64,000 bases of DNA from assembly GCF_963921235.1 (NCBI RefSeq), contig NC_086097.1, forward strand, positions 30,568,001-30,632,000, read 5' to 3'. Below, one piece after another: positions 14,016-26,615 of the stretch (the stretch's first letter is position 1; each line of letters begins with the position of its first letter). The translations under genes were made by a program, and so were the position numbers. Below the pieces are notes generated by a model. It made no database searches. It saw only the letters and a program-made list of their open reading frames with translations, and was not told where the DNA came from. The DNA is from Mobula hypostoma. Taxonomy: Eukaryota.

Positions 14016-15283
14016 TAATTCATTGGGATTGCCCAAGGTTATGAAAGACTATTGAAATGCAAGTCGTTTTGGACCTCCTCAAATTCAACTGGCTGAAGCT
14101 GCAAATAACACTCATCCTCCCGTTTTTACAGCGCAAAATAACAATGTGCCTTGCTGCAGAGTTACAACAAACCAGGGAATATTTCAATTTAACAATTTTT
14201 AGCTGGCATAAAAGGAAGCTACATTTCCACACAAGTCTGGCAATGTCTCATGTCAAGTTACAGTATTACTTGTTCAAATTTACTGATGTTTAAAAACACG
14301 ACTGGCCTCAGGCTATGCAAAACACATTGGTGAAAGGATTACCCGTTGAAAAAGCAGCTGGTTTAAATGTGCAGGCAAGATTACGACACTGTAACTGACG
14401 CTTGAGTGAACATCAGAGCTGTAAACTCAGCCCTTCAGCCCACCACATCAACTCTGACACCACATTAATTCCATTTACATATGTCAGCTGCATGGCCATT
14501 TACACATTGGCAATTCAGCTATTTGTTTAAATTCTTAAATGTTGTAAAAGTCTCTGCCTCCAACAGGCAGTATGCTCCACGCAATACAGTCCTTTCTTAT
14601 TCTTCCTACGTTCTCATCAGCTTCCCCACACCCTCAAATCCTACCCCAAACCTACAAACGAGGGGTCACTTTCAGCAGACAATCAATCTAACAACTTGCA
14701 CATCTTTCAGATGTGGGCTGAAACCCACACAGTCACAGGAAGAGCATGCAAACTCCACACGGACAGCATTGGAGCTTAGAAATGAACCCAGGCTGCCAGA
14801 GCTGTGGCAACTGCTCTATGAGCTACTCCATTTTTGTCCAAGGCTGACTACAACATTGGGTACAATGCTACTACAGTACAATAAAACTGTGTACTCCATT
14901 ATTAAGGATCCCCGGTACCCAGGGCATGCCCTTTTCTCAGTAGTTATCGACAGAGGAATTCATCTGCCAAGTCTGGGGTGTCCAGGGAGGGATGGCACTT
15001 CTGGTTAAGTGCCTTGTCATGTCCATCCTGGGGCAGCTCACTCACCTTTGGTTCCCACTTGACACTCAGCTCTCACCTGTGACTCCAAGTAGCTGTTTGT
15101 ATGCGACAACAGCCACATCCCAGTACACCATTTCAACAGGTAGGCTAAACTAGGTGAGGGTAGCCAGAAGGCCTCATACCCCGACAGAATTGAGACGTGC
15201 CTGTCCTAGCATATGAAGTCAGCAACACACATCAAAGTTGCTGGTGAACGCAGCAGGCCAGGCAGCATCTCTAGGAAGAGGTA

Positions 15284-15321
15284 CAGTCGACGTTTCAGGC
15301 CGAGACCCTTCGTCAGGACTA
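15284..15321 (-). ncRNA. Minimal type I hammerhead ribozyme motif (inverted copy, sense to Jagged pre-mRNA)
   Basis: Exact reverse complement of 15362-15399. Confidence 0.7.
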
Positions 15322-15361
15322 ACTGAAGAAAGAGCTAGTAAGAGATTACTAGATCTTCAGT

Positions 15362-15399
15362 TAGTCCTGACGAAGGGTCTCGGCCTGAAACGTCGACTG
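15362..15399 (+). ncRNA. Minimal type I hammerhead ribozyme motif
   Basis: UAGUC-CUGACGA-AGG(GUCUCGG)CCU-GAAA-CGUC-GACUG: conserved core boxes CUGANGA and GAAA, stem II AGG/CCU, palindromic ACGU in place of stem III, GUC cleavage triplet (after 15394), stem I UAGUC/GACUG. Confidence 0.72.
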
Positions 15400-15804
15400 T
15401 ACCTCTTCCTAGAGATGCTGCCTGGCCTGCGTCGACTGTACCTCTTCCTAGAGATGCTGCCTGGCCTGCTGCGTTCACCAGCAACTGTGATGTGTGTTGC
15501 TTGAATTTCCAGCACCTGCAGAATCCCTCGTGTTTGCATATGAAGTCAGCTCTGGTTCGACTGGGCGAACAGTGAGATCCAACAGCCAAAGTGGCAGAAC
15601 TGCAACACTTCATGGAGAGAAAAGGCATGATAAGGCAGATAAAAAGTTATGGTTATCCACTGTAACAAAGGATGACGACTACTCATACCACTGGATCTGG
15701 ATTTCTGAGGTTGAGAGGGTGAAACTGTCCCAGTGCAATAGCTTTTCCACTTTAACTCTCACACAGGTTTCACTGTCATCGTTGGATATGACAGACAACC
15801 AACA

Positions 15805-16371
15805 TGCTGTAGTTTTCTGATTGACTGTAAGTGAAAAGTATTACATACTTACTGCAAATAATAGACTGCCTTTATACAGTGCTCTCGACAATTGCATCCT
15901 CCAAATCTTCATTTTCATTATGACATTCAAGGTGATTAGCAATACCTTCAGATCTTCGTAGGTCCTAACCTGAAGTATTGACAATTGTTTCATTTTCACT
16001 CAGCTGCTTCTGCCATCTCCAAGTCTGAATGGTTGAAACCACTGAACAAAATAATTCTAAATGGTCTTGCTACTTATTTCTCGCCAACTATCAGACACAA
16101 AAATCACAGCTTTTTGAACAAACACAAACAACACGATTTAAAAGCTGTTTGCTCTAAGCATAGCACAATGTCTAATGGCTATACAGGTTCATGCAACTGA
16201 TGCTAGTTCGAAACAGTTCAGCAAGTCTCTTGTTCCAACTATGCAGCATAGTGTCCCAAATAAACAAATGGAGTCCCAGCTATTTTCTCGATTTGTTTTT
16301 GTTCTTTGAGAGTGGTCCCAAATAAGTGGCTGCCCCTATTAACCAATGGACCAATTAACCAGAATCCACTG
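15805..16371 (-). mobile_element. Probable Tigger/pogo-derived DNA transposon fragment
   Basis: Ends in aattaaccagaatccactgt (CAGTGGATTC.GGTTAATTGG-type TIR); minus-strand acidic remnant LECHNENEDLEDAIVE; left TIR not found. Confidence 0.45.
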
Positions 16372-16424
16372 TGCATGTAAATGTACATGTAAATGTACAT
16401 GGCAAATAAAGTTAATCCTTGATT

Positions 16425-16560
16425 GGCAATGGAACAATATCCCAGCAGTTGTACTGAAGGCATATGCTCCAGAATTAGCTGTGCCTCGAGCCAAGCTGTT
16501 CCAGTACAGTTACAACACTGGTATTTACCCTACAATGTGGAAAATTGCCCAGAAAGCAGG
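16425..16560 (+). mobile_element. Old LINE reverse transcriptase fragment (CR1/L2 group)
   Basis: NNIPAVVLKAYAPELAVPRAKLFQYSYNTGIYPTMWKIAQ is the pre-RT motif of APE-type LINEs. A probable continuation lies near 19130-19370. Confidence 0.7.
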
Positions 16561-17638
16561 GCAACTCCAATCAAACTAACTACTGACCCATCTGTCAGCT
16601 GTAACTCAAAGCCATGGAACACGCTGACAGCAGCGTTTAACTCATAGATGACCTACTCACTGGACCCAATCTGGGTTTCACCAGGTTACCCCAGCTACGA
16701 ACTTTGAAGCTACATAGCTACCAGCTACAAACCTTGGACCAATAGCCAAATTTCTGAGGGGGGAGGCACACAGACTGACATGGATATCATCTGATGGAAG
16801 TGCGGCATCAAGCCTCAAAGTTCAAAAGAAATTTATTATCACAGTACATATATGTCATTATACACTACCTTAAGATTCTTCTACCTGCATGCATTCACAA
16901 TAAAACAAAGAAATACAATGAAATCAATATAAAACTACACACAGAGGCTAACAACCGACGTGCAAACAAAGACAATCTATGCCAATATATTAATAACAGG
17001 AATAGATAAATAGTAAATAAATAATACTGAGAACATGAGATAGAAACCATGAAAGTGAGTCCAAAGGTTGTAGCATCAATTCAGAGTTGATGAGCTTCAT
17101 GCCCAGCAAAAATGAGGTGGTCATGAAGCCCCATCAGCTGGAGAGACACCTGGCACACAGGACAGGTAATGGTGGTTGTTGGAAGGCAATCACCTCTTCT
17201 CCACAAGCCCCCCCACCCTCCATCCCACGGCTGCAGGACAGAGCCCGAGACTCAACCATCTTCAGCCGCTTTACAAGTAAGAAGTGGAGATGTTCAATCA
17301 TCAGTGAACAATATTCAATTTTATTCACGACTCCTCAGGAAATGGAGCAGTCCATTATTGCATGCAAAGAAAATTCAAGCAGCAAGAACCTTCAATCAAC
17401 AGGTGCCAAGCAATAACATCAACATTCCAGGGAGAGGGCAGGAGAATGGGGTTGAAAGGGATAATTAATCAGCCATGATGGAATGATGGGCTAGACTCGA
17501 TGGGCCAAATGGCTTAATTCTACTCTCATGTCTTATGGTCTTATTCCAAAGTTGTACAGGTTATAATTGGTCACATAAGTGTAACTGGGAGGCGTGGGCT
17601 CGTAGGGCCAAAATGGCCTGTTACCATGTTGCATCTCT

Positions 17639-18322
17639 TTTTCTTTCTTTTTAAATCTTTTTATTGAGTAAGTATACAAAAAAGGTAAGCCATATAAACA
17701 TTAATACAATGTTAAAGTATAATAAAATTCCAAAAGATAACAATACCAAAAAGAAAATACTACAAACAATGTAATTTAAGCATAAGAAAGCAAGATAACA
17801 TAATAGTATACTAGATTTTATATATATCAATGGAAAAAAAAAGAAAAAAAAACCCCAAAAAAAAAACCCACCGTGCAACTAACTAAAAGCAAAGCAAAGC
17901 AATGGGCTAACTTGAAACCAAACAGAGTTAAACTTAAAATCACGTCCTCAATCCCGACCTCCATTAAAACAGTGAAAAAAAAAACAAGAAGGGTAAATAT
18001 TACATTAAATGAAAATATCGAATAAAAGGTCCCCAAATCTGTTCAAATTTAAATGAAGAATCATAAAGATTACTTCTAATTTTCTCCAGATTCAAACATA
18101 AAATCGTCTGAGAAAACCAAAAAAAGGTAGTTGGAGCATTAAGCTCTTTCCAATGTTGTAAAATACATCTTTTCGCCATTAAAGTAAGAAATGCAATCAT
18201 TCTACGGGCTGAAGGGGAAAGATTACTAGAAATTTTAGGTAGTCCAAAGATAGCAGTAATAGGGTGAGGAGAGATATCTATATTTAATACCTTAGAAATA
18301 ATATTGAAAATATCTCTCCAAT
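17639..18322 (-). mobile_element. Young 5'-truncated fish-type L1 (ORF2 C-terminus and 3' UTR), copy 2
   Basis: Nearly identical to 6340-7006; 13-bp TSD atgttgcatctct at 17626-17638 and 18323-18335. Confidence 0.9.
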
Positions 18323-20642
18323 ATGTTGCATCTCTAAACAAGTAAAAATAACTAGAATATCAAAGCACAACCACAAGAAACTACAGGGGGTTGTGGATAC
18401 AGCACAGAAACCAGCCTCCCCCCCCCCCCACCATGGACCAACAACACTTCTCTTCGCCTCGGTATAGCAGCCAGCATAATCAAATCCCCACCCACTCCGG
18501 ACATTTTCTCTTCTCCCTCTCCCATCAGACAGAAGATAAAGCTTGGAAGTACATACTGCCAGGCTTAAGGACAGCTTCTGCCACACTTTCACACTTTAGG
18601 CTCGCCTGATACGTTAAAATGGACTCAACCTCACAATCTACCTCGTCATGGCCTTGCAATTACATATTGTCTACCTGCACTGTCACTGTGAAACTGTAAC
18701 ACTACTCTGCAATCTATTGTCCCTTTTACTTGTACTACACCAATACACTCATGTGATTAAATGATCTACATGGTTAGAAAGAATGGTTAGCTTTATTTGT
18801 TACATGTATTGTACATAAAAACAGTGAAACGTGTCATTCACGTCAAGTCAAATCAGCAAGAATATGCAAGTGAAAGTGATCTGATACCAACACAGCATGC
18901 CCACAACTTACTAATGCCAGCTGTCTTTGGAATGTGGGAGGAAACGGGAGGAAACAGGAGCACCCGTAAGAAACCCACACAGAGTCAGGGGAAGAAATAC
19001 AAACTCCTCACAGAGAGAGGAAGGAATCTAACCTTAATATAATGTAAAGCACTGCGCTCTACACTACTGCACCACCCTGGATGGCATGGAAAAGACCTTT
19101 TCTGCTTTGTGCGAGACAATAATAAACCAAATTACTTTCCACAGTCAACTGCATTGCCATTGCACAGTCCCCCACCACGAACATCCTGGGGTCATACTCA
19201 ATTGAACCTGCAACAATTCAAGAGCTGGATATATTGTGCCATGTTGGTCAATTAATGACACCCCAAGACTTTCCACCATCAACAAGGTGCAAGTCAGGAG
19301 CTAATGGGATTTCTTCACTTACCTGAACAAGTTCAGCTCTAAAAACTCAAGAAACTCAACACCATCTGAGGCAAACTACAAGATATAGGAGCAGAATTAG
19401 TACATTTGGCCCAACAAGTCTGCTCTGCCATTTCATCCTAGCTGATCCATTTTTCCTCTCAATCCTATTCTCCTGCCTTTTCCTCAAACTTTCACACTGA
19501 ATAATCAAGAACCTATCAACCTCCACCTTAAATACACCCAATGACCTGGCCTCCACAGCTTCCTGTGGCAATGAATTCCACCGATTCACCACTCTCTAGA
19601 CCAGCACCCTTTCCACTATCATACACATTAATTCCCTCCACCACCAGTGGGTAATGTACCTTGTACAAAATGCTTACTTCATCTACTTAATGTCACTGCC
19701 AAAGGCAAAAGCTGCAGGCATACCATCATGGAGGCAAGAGTATAGATAGGGTAACTTCAAATGGGCTTTTTCCACTGAGGTGGAAATTAAGGTCATAAGT
19801 TAAGGATGAAAAGTGAAATATTAAGGGGAACCCAACAGGGACCCTCACTCAAGAGAGTGGTGAGAGTGTGGAACGAGTTGCAGATTCAATTGTAACATTT
19901 AAGAGAAGTTTGGCTAAGTACATGGATGGGAGGAGTATGGGGGACTTTGGTCCAAATGGGGGCCGATGGGACGAGGCAGTCTGGCATGGACTAGATGGGC
20001 TGAAGGGCCCACTTCTGTGCTGTAGTGTCTATGAAAGGCTCATCTGCAAGCCTCACACCACCTGAATTTGAAATACTCAACTCCTGGGACAAAATGTGGG
20101 ACTCACTCCACTAATGGAGGAATAGTGTACTTTCTCAAGGGCTACTGGAGAGGGGCAAATAAGTGCTGGCCTAATCCCAAAACAATGAAATCAATATGAG
20201 ACACACGGAAGGTACTGGGATCTTAACCCATCAATCTGCTCCAAACACTATTTTAAAAACTTCACCTTTGTGGCATACTGTACCTCAATACTATACAGAA
20301 AATGCTATAAGTACAAATGTTTAATGAAAGTGGGTTATTTTCATGACCCACTGAAAGCTTTAAAAAACCTCCCATTTCATTTTCATTAACAAATTTCAGA
20401 ATCCAACTCCTGTAGCAAGATTTTCCTCCCAAAATAACATGCAGTTTTACACAACCTGAGGATATCCCAAATTGCCTTAATGTTACTTCACCCAGGATAC
20501 ACTCTCTTCTCATTGCTATCATCAGGGAGAAGGTACGTGAACCTGAAGACACTGTCAATATTGTAAGGAACATCTTCCTATCCTCCACAATCAGATTTCT
20601 GAACAGGTCATGAACTCTACCTCACCACTCATTCCCTTAATC

Positions 20643-21865
20643 CGGGGTCCCCAACCTTTTTTGCACTGCGGACCGGTTTATTATTGACTGACCCGGGGGG
20701 GGGGGGAGTGGGGAGGGGAGGGTTGCCAACGGACAAGACTAGTAGTCAAATGCGTTGTGTTTACCCCGAGAAAGACTACCATGACCATGAAGCATTGCGC
20801 AGGCACCTGTGTGTGTGTTAATTGGTATGATTTGGTAGGTTATTTTTTGGGTCTCAGAACACTCAAAAATTTTCCCATATAAATTAATGGTAATTGCTTC
20901 TTCGCTTTATGCCATTTCGGCATGAAAGGTTTCATAGGAACGCTCTACCTTAGCGGGGGAAATACAGGACAAGGGCAGTCCCGTATGGGACAAACCAATT
21001 TAGCCCAATATACGGGATGTCCCGGCTAATACGGGACAGTTGGCAACCCTAGTTGGGGGTGTTAATCACAACCGAAATACAGGTGATAAGTCACTTATAA
21101 GTGGCTAATACACTCAATTTCATTTCTAAAAGGGTTTATCTAATGAATTTATTAAAAACACAGCGCATATTTTCCTCGCATGAATATAGTGATAAGTCAA
21201 TTATAAGTCACTTGTAAGTCAATAGCATCATAACATTTTAAGTAACGTTTGGATATTAAACACACAGCACACATCTTCCCTGTATGAACATATAAAATCA
21301 TTGCAACACACCAATATCGCTAAATCAGTGGGAGCCCTGGGCTTGTTTTCCTACAACAAGACGGTCCTATCGTGGGGTGATGGGAGACACCGATCCTCGA
21401 AGGGGGTTCCTTATGTCCAGTCTATTCCGCAATTTAGTTTTCGTTGCATTCATTGCAGAAAACTCCACTTCACAGCGATATGATGTTGGAAATGGAAGCA
21501 ATGTTTTCAGTGCTTTTGTGGCTACCTCAGGATAGTCAGCCTTGACTTTGATCCAGAATGCCAGCAGAGATGTTATGTCAAACATACTTTTCAGCCCAGC
21601 GTCATTTGCAAGCTCGACGAGTTGATCTTCTTCCCGTGCTGACATGGATGATTCACCGGGGACATCCACAAATGGGTCACGGACCCATTCCTTTGCACGT
21701 CTTGGTCATTTGCGTTGGGTCACTGATGATCTCGTGTGCGTTCAAGTTCAACAGTGGCCATGACAGGGAATGAGAAAAGGTGCAGCTGACTCATATCGCC
21801 AAATCATATCATTTCCTCACGGCCCAGTAGCACATGCTTTGTGGCCCAGTGGTTGGGAACCGCTG
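20643..21865 (-). mobile_element. hAT Charlie/Buster-type internally deleted transposon
   Basis: TIRs CGGGGTCCCCAACC / GGTTGGGAACCGCTG. 8-bp TSD ccttaatc (central TA) at 20635-20642 and 21866-21873. ORF 21367-21669 (FWIKVKADYPEVATKALKTLLPFPTSYRCEVEFSAMNATKTKLRNRL) is the hAT dimerisation domain. Confidence 0.92.
20719..21050. mobile_element. Nested hAT-Blackjack-like MITE inside the Charlie element
   Basis: Inverted termini AGGGTTGCCAAC (20719-20730) and GTTGGCAACCCT (21039-21050); subterminal TACGGGA/TCCCG repeats. Confidence 0.65.
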
Positions 21866-24349
21866 CCTTAATCCCATGGTCTACTCTCCATTCCTATCAG
21901 AATGTTTTTTCAGCCCTTTACATCTATCACCTCCCAGCTTCTTACTTCATTCCCCCACCCCCCCCCACCCTCCATCACCCACTCACCTTCCCCCTCACCT
22001 GGTCTCACCTATCACCATCCATCTTGTATGCCTTCCCCTCCTCCCATCTTCTTATTCTGGCTTTCTAGTTCTGTCAACTATTTAGTCATCTCCTAGATGT
22101 TCCCTGATCGGTTGAATTCCTCCAGCATTTTGTGTGTATTACTCACTACTTTGCTATCTTTTTGCAATACTTATTTTTTTCATTTATTTCTTATTATAGC
22201 CATGATCTTTATGTACCGCACTATACTGCTGCTGCAAAACAACAAATTTCATGATGTATGTCGTTGATAATAAACCCGATTCTAATTCACTTTTCAAGTG
22301 TGGTCACTCTCAAAATGTGCACAAGATCGCATCTCCTCAAACCAACCACCACCCATTCAGGGTCAGTTAAAGACATGAGTTGGTTGGCAGCAGGGTCAAC
22401 CTGGGATGAAGCACAATCGTGCTCACTGTCAGTAGGTCAAGGGACAGTGGAAACATTTCAAGAATTGCATCTCCATAATGTATGTGTATGTCTCAATATG
22501 CTGAGCATGCCAACCTTTACAGGTATCATGTTCTATGACCTAAACTGTAACAGACATATGACATTTTAGGAAGAGCTTCTTCCCCTCCATCAGATTTCCA
22601 AATGGACAATGAACCATGAACGATACCTCATTATTTTATTGTTCTTTTTGTACTTCATTTAATTTATATTTACACTATGTACACAGCGCAAAAACAAGCA
22701 AAAAATCATGTATAGTATAGATAGATAAATTATAATTATAGAAATTTTATGCATTGTACTATATTGCTACCTCAAAATAACAAATTTCACGACATACATC
22801 AGTGATAATAAACCCGATTCTGATAGGATCTCTTTATAACCAGAGCAGCAATTACCAAGACATCTTTTGATATGATGACACACAGTAAGCTGTAAATAAC
22901 TCTGTGTATATATAACCCTAGCTAAAATACCTCCCTATAAAATTTAGGCACTTCACTCCTCCCAGCCCCAGGCTATGAAATTCAGTATTTAGGAACTTTA
23001 GCGGCCTCCATTTTTCATGTTCCCCTTCCCCCTCGATAAGCACCCAACAGCTGCAGGGTAATCCTGAGACTTCCAGCTGCAGCTTCCCTGCCAATCTACG
23101 TCAAGACCATTCACCACTTTAGAACAGCAGGGCTGAGCACAACTCAATTGACTGAAACTCTCCTCACACCGGGAACTCCTGTTCAGAGATGGGAAATGCA
23201 GCCAGGACCCTGTACCCACTGTAACTGCACACATCTGCTATAGGCCAAGGAGAACACCACTCCAAGTTCAGTGGATTTAAACATAATCAATTCATCTATA
23301 AGCAGCAGCATTCTTACTGCAACATTGCTACAAGAACATAGAATAGTACAACCATACTTTCCTCCAATCATCTTAAAAAGTCATGCCCCCGCATAATAGC
23401 TTTATTTGCCCTGGGAAAAAGTTGCTGGGGGTTCATTCGATCTATATCTCTTATCATCTTGTACACCTATATCAAGTCACCCTCTTATCCTCCTCCACTT
23501 CAAAAAGAAAAGCCATAGCTTGCTCAACCTAACCTCAAAAGACATGCTCTCTAATCAAGGCAGATTCCTGGTAAATGTCATCTACACTCTTTTTAAAGCT
23601 TCCACATCCTTCCTATAATGAGCCAACTAAACTGAACACAATATTCCAGTGGGGTCTAACCAATGTTTTATAGAGTTGCAATATTACCTCCTGGTTCTTG
23701 AACTCAATCGCCCGACTAACATACACCTTCTTAACAACCCGATGAACAACGGGGGAATCTAGGGATATGGACCCAAGGGCCTCTCTGTTCTGTCACACTG
23801 CGAAGAATCCTGCCATTAACCCTGTATTCTGCTTTCAAGTTCGGCCTTCCAAAGTGAATCACTTTACGCTCTTCCATACTGAACTCCAGCTGCCACTTCT
23901 CAGCCCAGTCTGCATCCTATCAATGTCCTGTTGTAATCTACAATATTTACATGATCTACAGTTCCACCAACCTTCAAACCATCAGCAAATATACTGATCA
24001 GAAAGAAAGCCAGACCTTGTCCTCTCTCTCTCTGAATACGTTTGTATCTGTTATTTGCATCACTTCCTTCTGTTTGTACATAACCAGTTCTGAACTTGAA
24101 TTCAAAGCTTGATTATAAAATCTTTAAAGAAATCTTCAGTAGGGAGTACACAAAGAGCAATCTAATTTACCCCACCTCCCCTTTGTCCAGATCTCAGCAA
24201 CTATTTCCCAATCAACTAAGACTTCCTTTAACTTCCTTTATTCTTTGGTCAAGACTTGCCAATTCTTCACAGTGCACAGCACTGGGAAGGAAAATACTTG
24301 CCTGCAGCCCCTTTTGCAGCTCCATGTAGAAGGCACCAGTGTAAAGTTC

Positions 24350-26615
24350 AATACATCCAGGTACACGGCAGGATAGTGTGAGCTGAATGCAGAGTAAAGC
24401 TCCCCTACATTGCCCCTGGTCTGGGAACGTGCAATAGGACAACAATAGAGAGAGTGGGTGAGGAGAGGGCTGTTAATAGTGGAAGTCTTTGACCAGAGAG
24501 CACAGCTCAGAATACAGGGACATCCTTTAAAACAGAGATGAGGAGTAATTTTTTTTTTTAGTCAGAGGGTGGGTGAATCTGTGGAATTCATTGCCACAGG
24601 CAGTTGTAGAGGCCAAGTCATTGGGTATATCTAAAGTGGAGATTGACAGATTCTTGATTAGTAAGGGTATCAAAGGTTATGGAGAGAAGGCAGGAGAATG
24701 GGGTTGAGAGGGATAATAAATCAACTAATCGAATGGCAGAGGAGACTCGATGGCTAAATGGCCTAATTCTGCTCCTGTCTTATGGTTAAACACAGTAAAG
24801 CTCCCTTCACCTATTTTCAGCGAGTACTGCCTCTTTGTGCCTCTCCCTGCGCTTTCTCTGGACCACTGCAGAATATAGAACGTAGAACAGTGTAGTACAG
24901 TACAGGCCCTTCAGTCCATGCTTATTTTATTATTTAAAGATAGTGCTGACCAGCCCCTTCCAGCACAATGAGCAGAGTTACCTAGCAACCCACCTATTTA
25001 ACCCAAGCCTAATCACAGGACAATTTACAATGACCAACCAACCCGCCTTTGGACTGTGGAAGGAAATTGGAACACCTAGAGGAAACCCATGGTCATGGGA
25101 AGAACATACAAACTTCCTTACAAAGGACTGGAATTGAACTCCAAACTCCGACACCCTGAACTGTAATAATGTCGTGGTAACCGTTACACTACCATGCCGA
25201 CTTTTTAAATCTACTCCAATATCAATCTAACCCTTCCTTCCCATGTAGCCCTCCATTTTTGTTTCATCAATGTGCCTATCCAAGAGTTTCTTGAATGTCC
25301 CAAATGTATCTGCCTGTACCACCACCCTTGGCAGCATGTACCACTATATTTTGAGTTCTACTTTCCTTTTCACAACTTCAGCATACTTGTGTATGGAACA
25401 ATCTGTCTGAATGGAACACAACTAGAAGCTTTTCACTGTTCTTGGTACACTCACACACAGAAGCAACACAGATTAGACAAACTCCTACTACCCAGTCTTT
25501 TCACAATCCCAGTGCTGGGACATTATGGTTTAGAGATAAAGATCAAGTAATTATCACACACACACACACACACAAATGGTGGAGGAACACCGGTCAGGTA
25601 GTATTCACTGCGAGGAGCTGAGACCCTTCAGCAGTCCTGAGGTGTCACAGCCTGAAACATCGACTATTTATTCCTCTCCAAACAAGTTGCCTGACCAGCT
25701 GAATTTTTCAAGCATTGTGTGCTACGTTACTCTGGATTTCCAGTATCTGCAGAATCTCGTGTGTGTAAACTAAAGTGATTAGAATCAGAATCAGATGTAA
25801 TATCACCAGCATATGTCATAAAATTTGCTAACTTTTAGCAGCAGTACAATGCAATACATGATAATTATATAGAAAAGAAAAAACTGAGTTACCTTAAAAA
25901 TATGTTTATTAAATAGTTAAATTAAAATAAGTAGTGCAAAATAACAAAAATAATAAAAATATGAGGTAGTATTCATGGGTTCAATGACCATTTAGAAATC
26001 CGATGGTGGGGTGGGGGTGGGGGAAGAGAAGCTGTTCCTGAATTGCTGAGTGTGTGCCTTCAGGCTTTTGTACCTCCTTGCTGATGGTAAGCATGAAGAG
26101 GGCATTGTCTGGGTGGTGGGGATCCTTAATGATGGATGCCACTTTCCTAAGGCACTGCTCCTTTAGCTTTAGTTTGTCACATGAATAACCGAAACATACA
26201 GTGATACACATTGTATGTATCTACTCAAATCAGTGAGGATCGTGCAAGCATCTCCATGCTTCTAGCACCAGCATAGTATGCCCACAACTCACTAACCCTA
26301 ACACGTATGTCTTAGGTATGTAGGAGGAAACCAGAGCACCCAGAGAAAACTCATGTGGTCACAGGGAAAATGTACAAACTCCTTACAAACAGTGGCAGAA
26401 GTCAAACCCTGATCAATGATCACTGAGTTTACCACTACACTACGGTGCATGGTAAAGCTCCCTCAACACTGCCCCATCACATTCCCAAGGCAGAGACAGC
26501 ACAGATTAGATACCAAACAGATCTCCTAAATACTGTACATCATCCCATCAATCTCTCCCAGGGCAGATGCACCACAGGTTAGATACAGAGTAAAGCATTT
26601 TTTTTACACTGCCAC
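24350..26615 (+). repeat. Decayed ~60-bp minisatellite relic interrupted by retroelements
   Basis: Recurring unit like cccagggcag..acagcac.ggttagatacagagtaaagctccc...cactg.cccatca at about 24355-24425, 24790-24810, 25455-25540 and 26450-26615. Confidence 0.5.

Larger units (their letters stand above)
15224..15535 (+). mobile_element. Penelope-like (PLE) non-autonomous insertion with inverted 5' pseudo-LTR (palindrome)
   Basis: Arms at about 15221-15329 and 15354-15501 are reverse complements. The right arm has a 39-bp tandem duplication (15392-15430, 15431-15469). Flanking direct repeat gcatatgaagtcagc at 15209-15223 and 15536-15550. Contains hammerhead motifs. Confidence 0.75.

Noticed and set aside
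14481..15008. 175-aa ORF
   Set aside because: Runs across SINE and Rex/Babar fragments; no coherent domain or splice signals.
15238..15628. Overlapping mirror-image ORFs on both strands; CRISPR-like repeats
   Set aside because: An artefact of the palindromic element and its 39-bp duplication; there is no repeat-spacer array and the context is vertebrate.
21367..21669. ZBED/SCAND3-like domesticated gene
   Set aside because: It lies between TIRs with a TSD and only the dimerisation domain remains.
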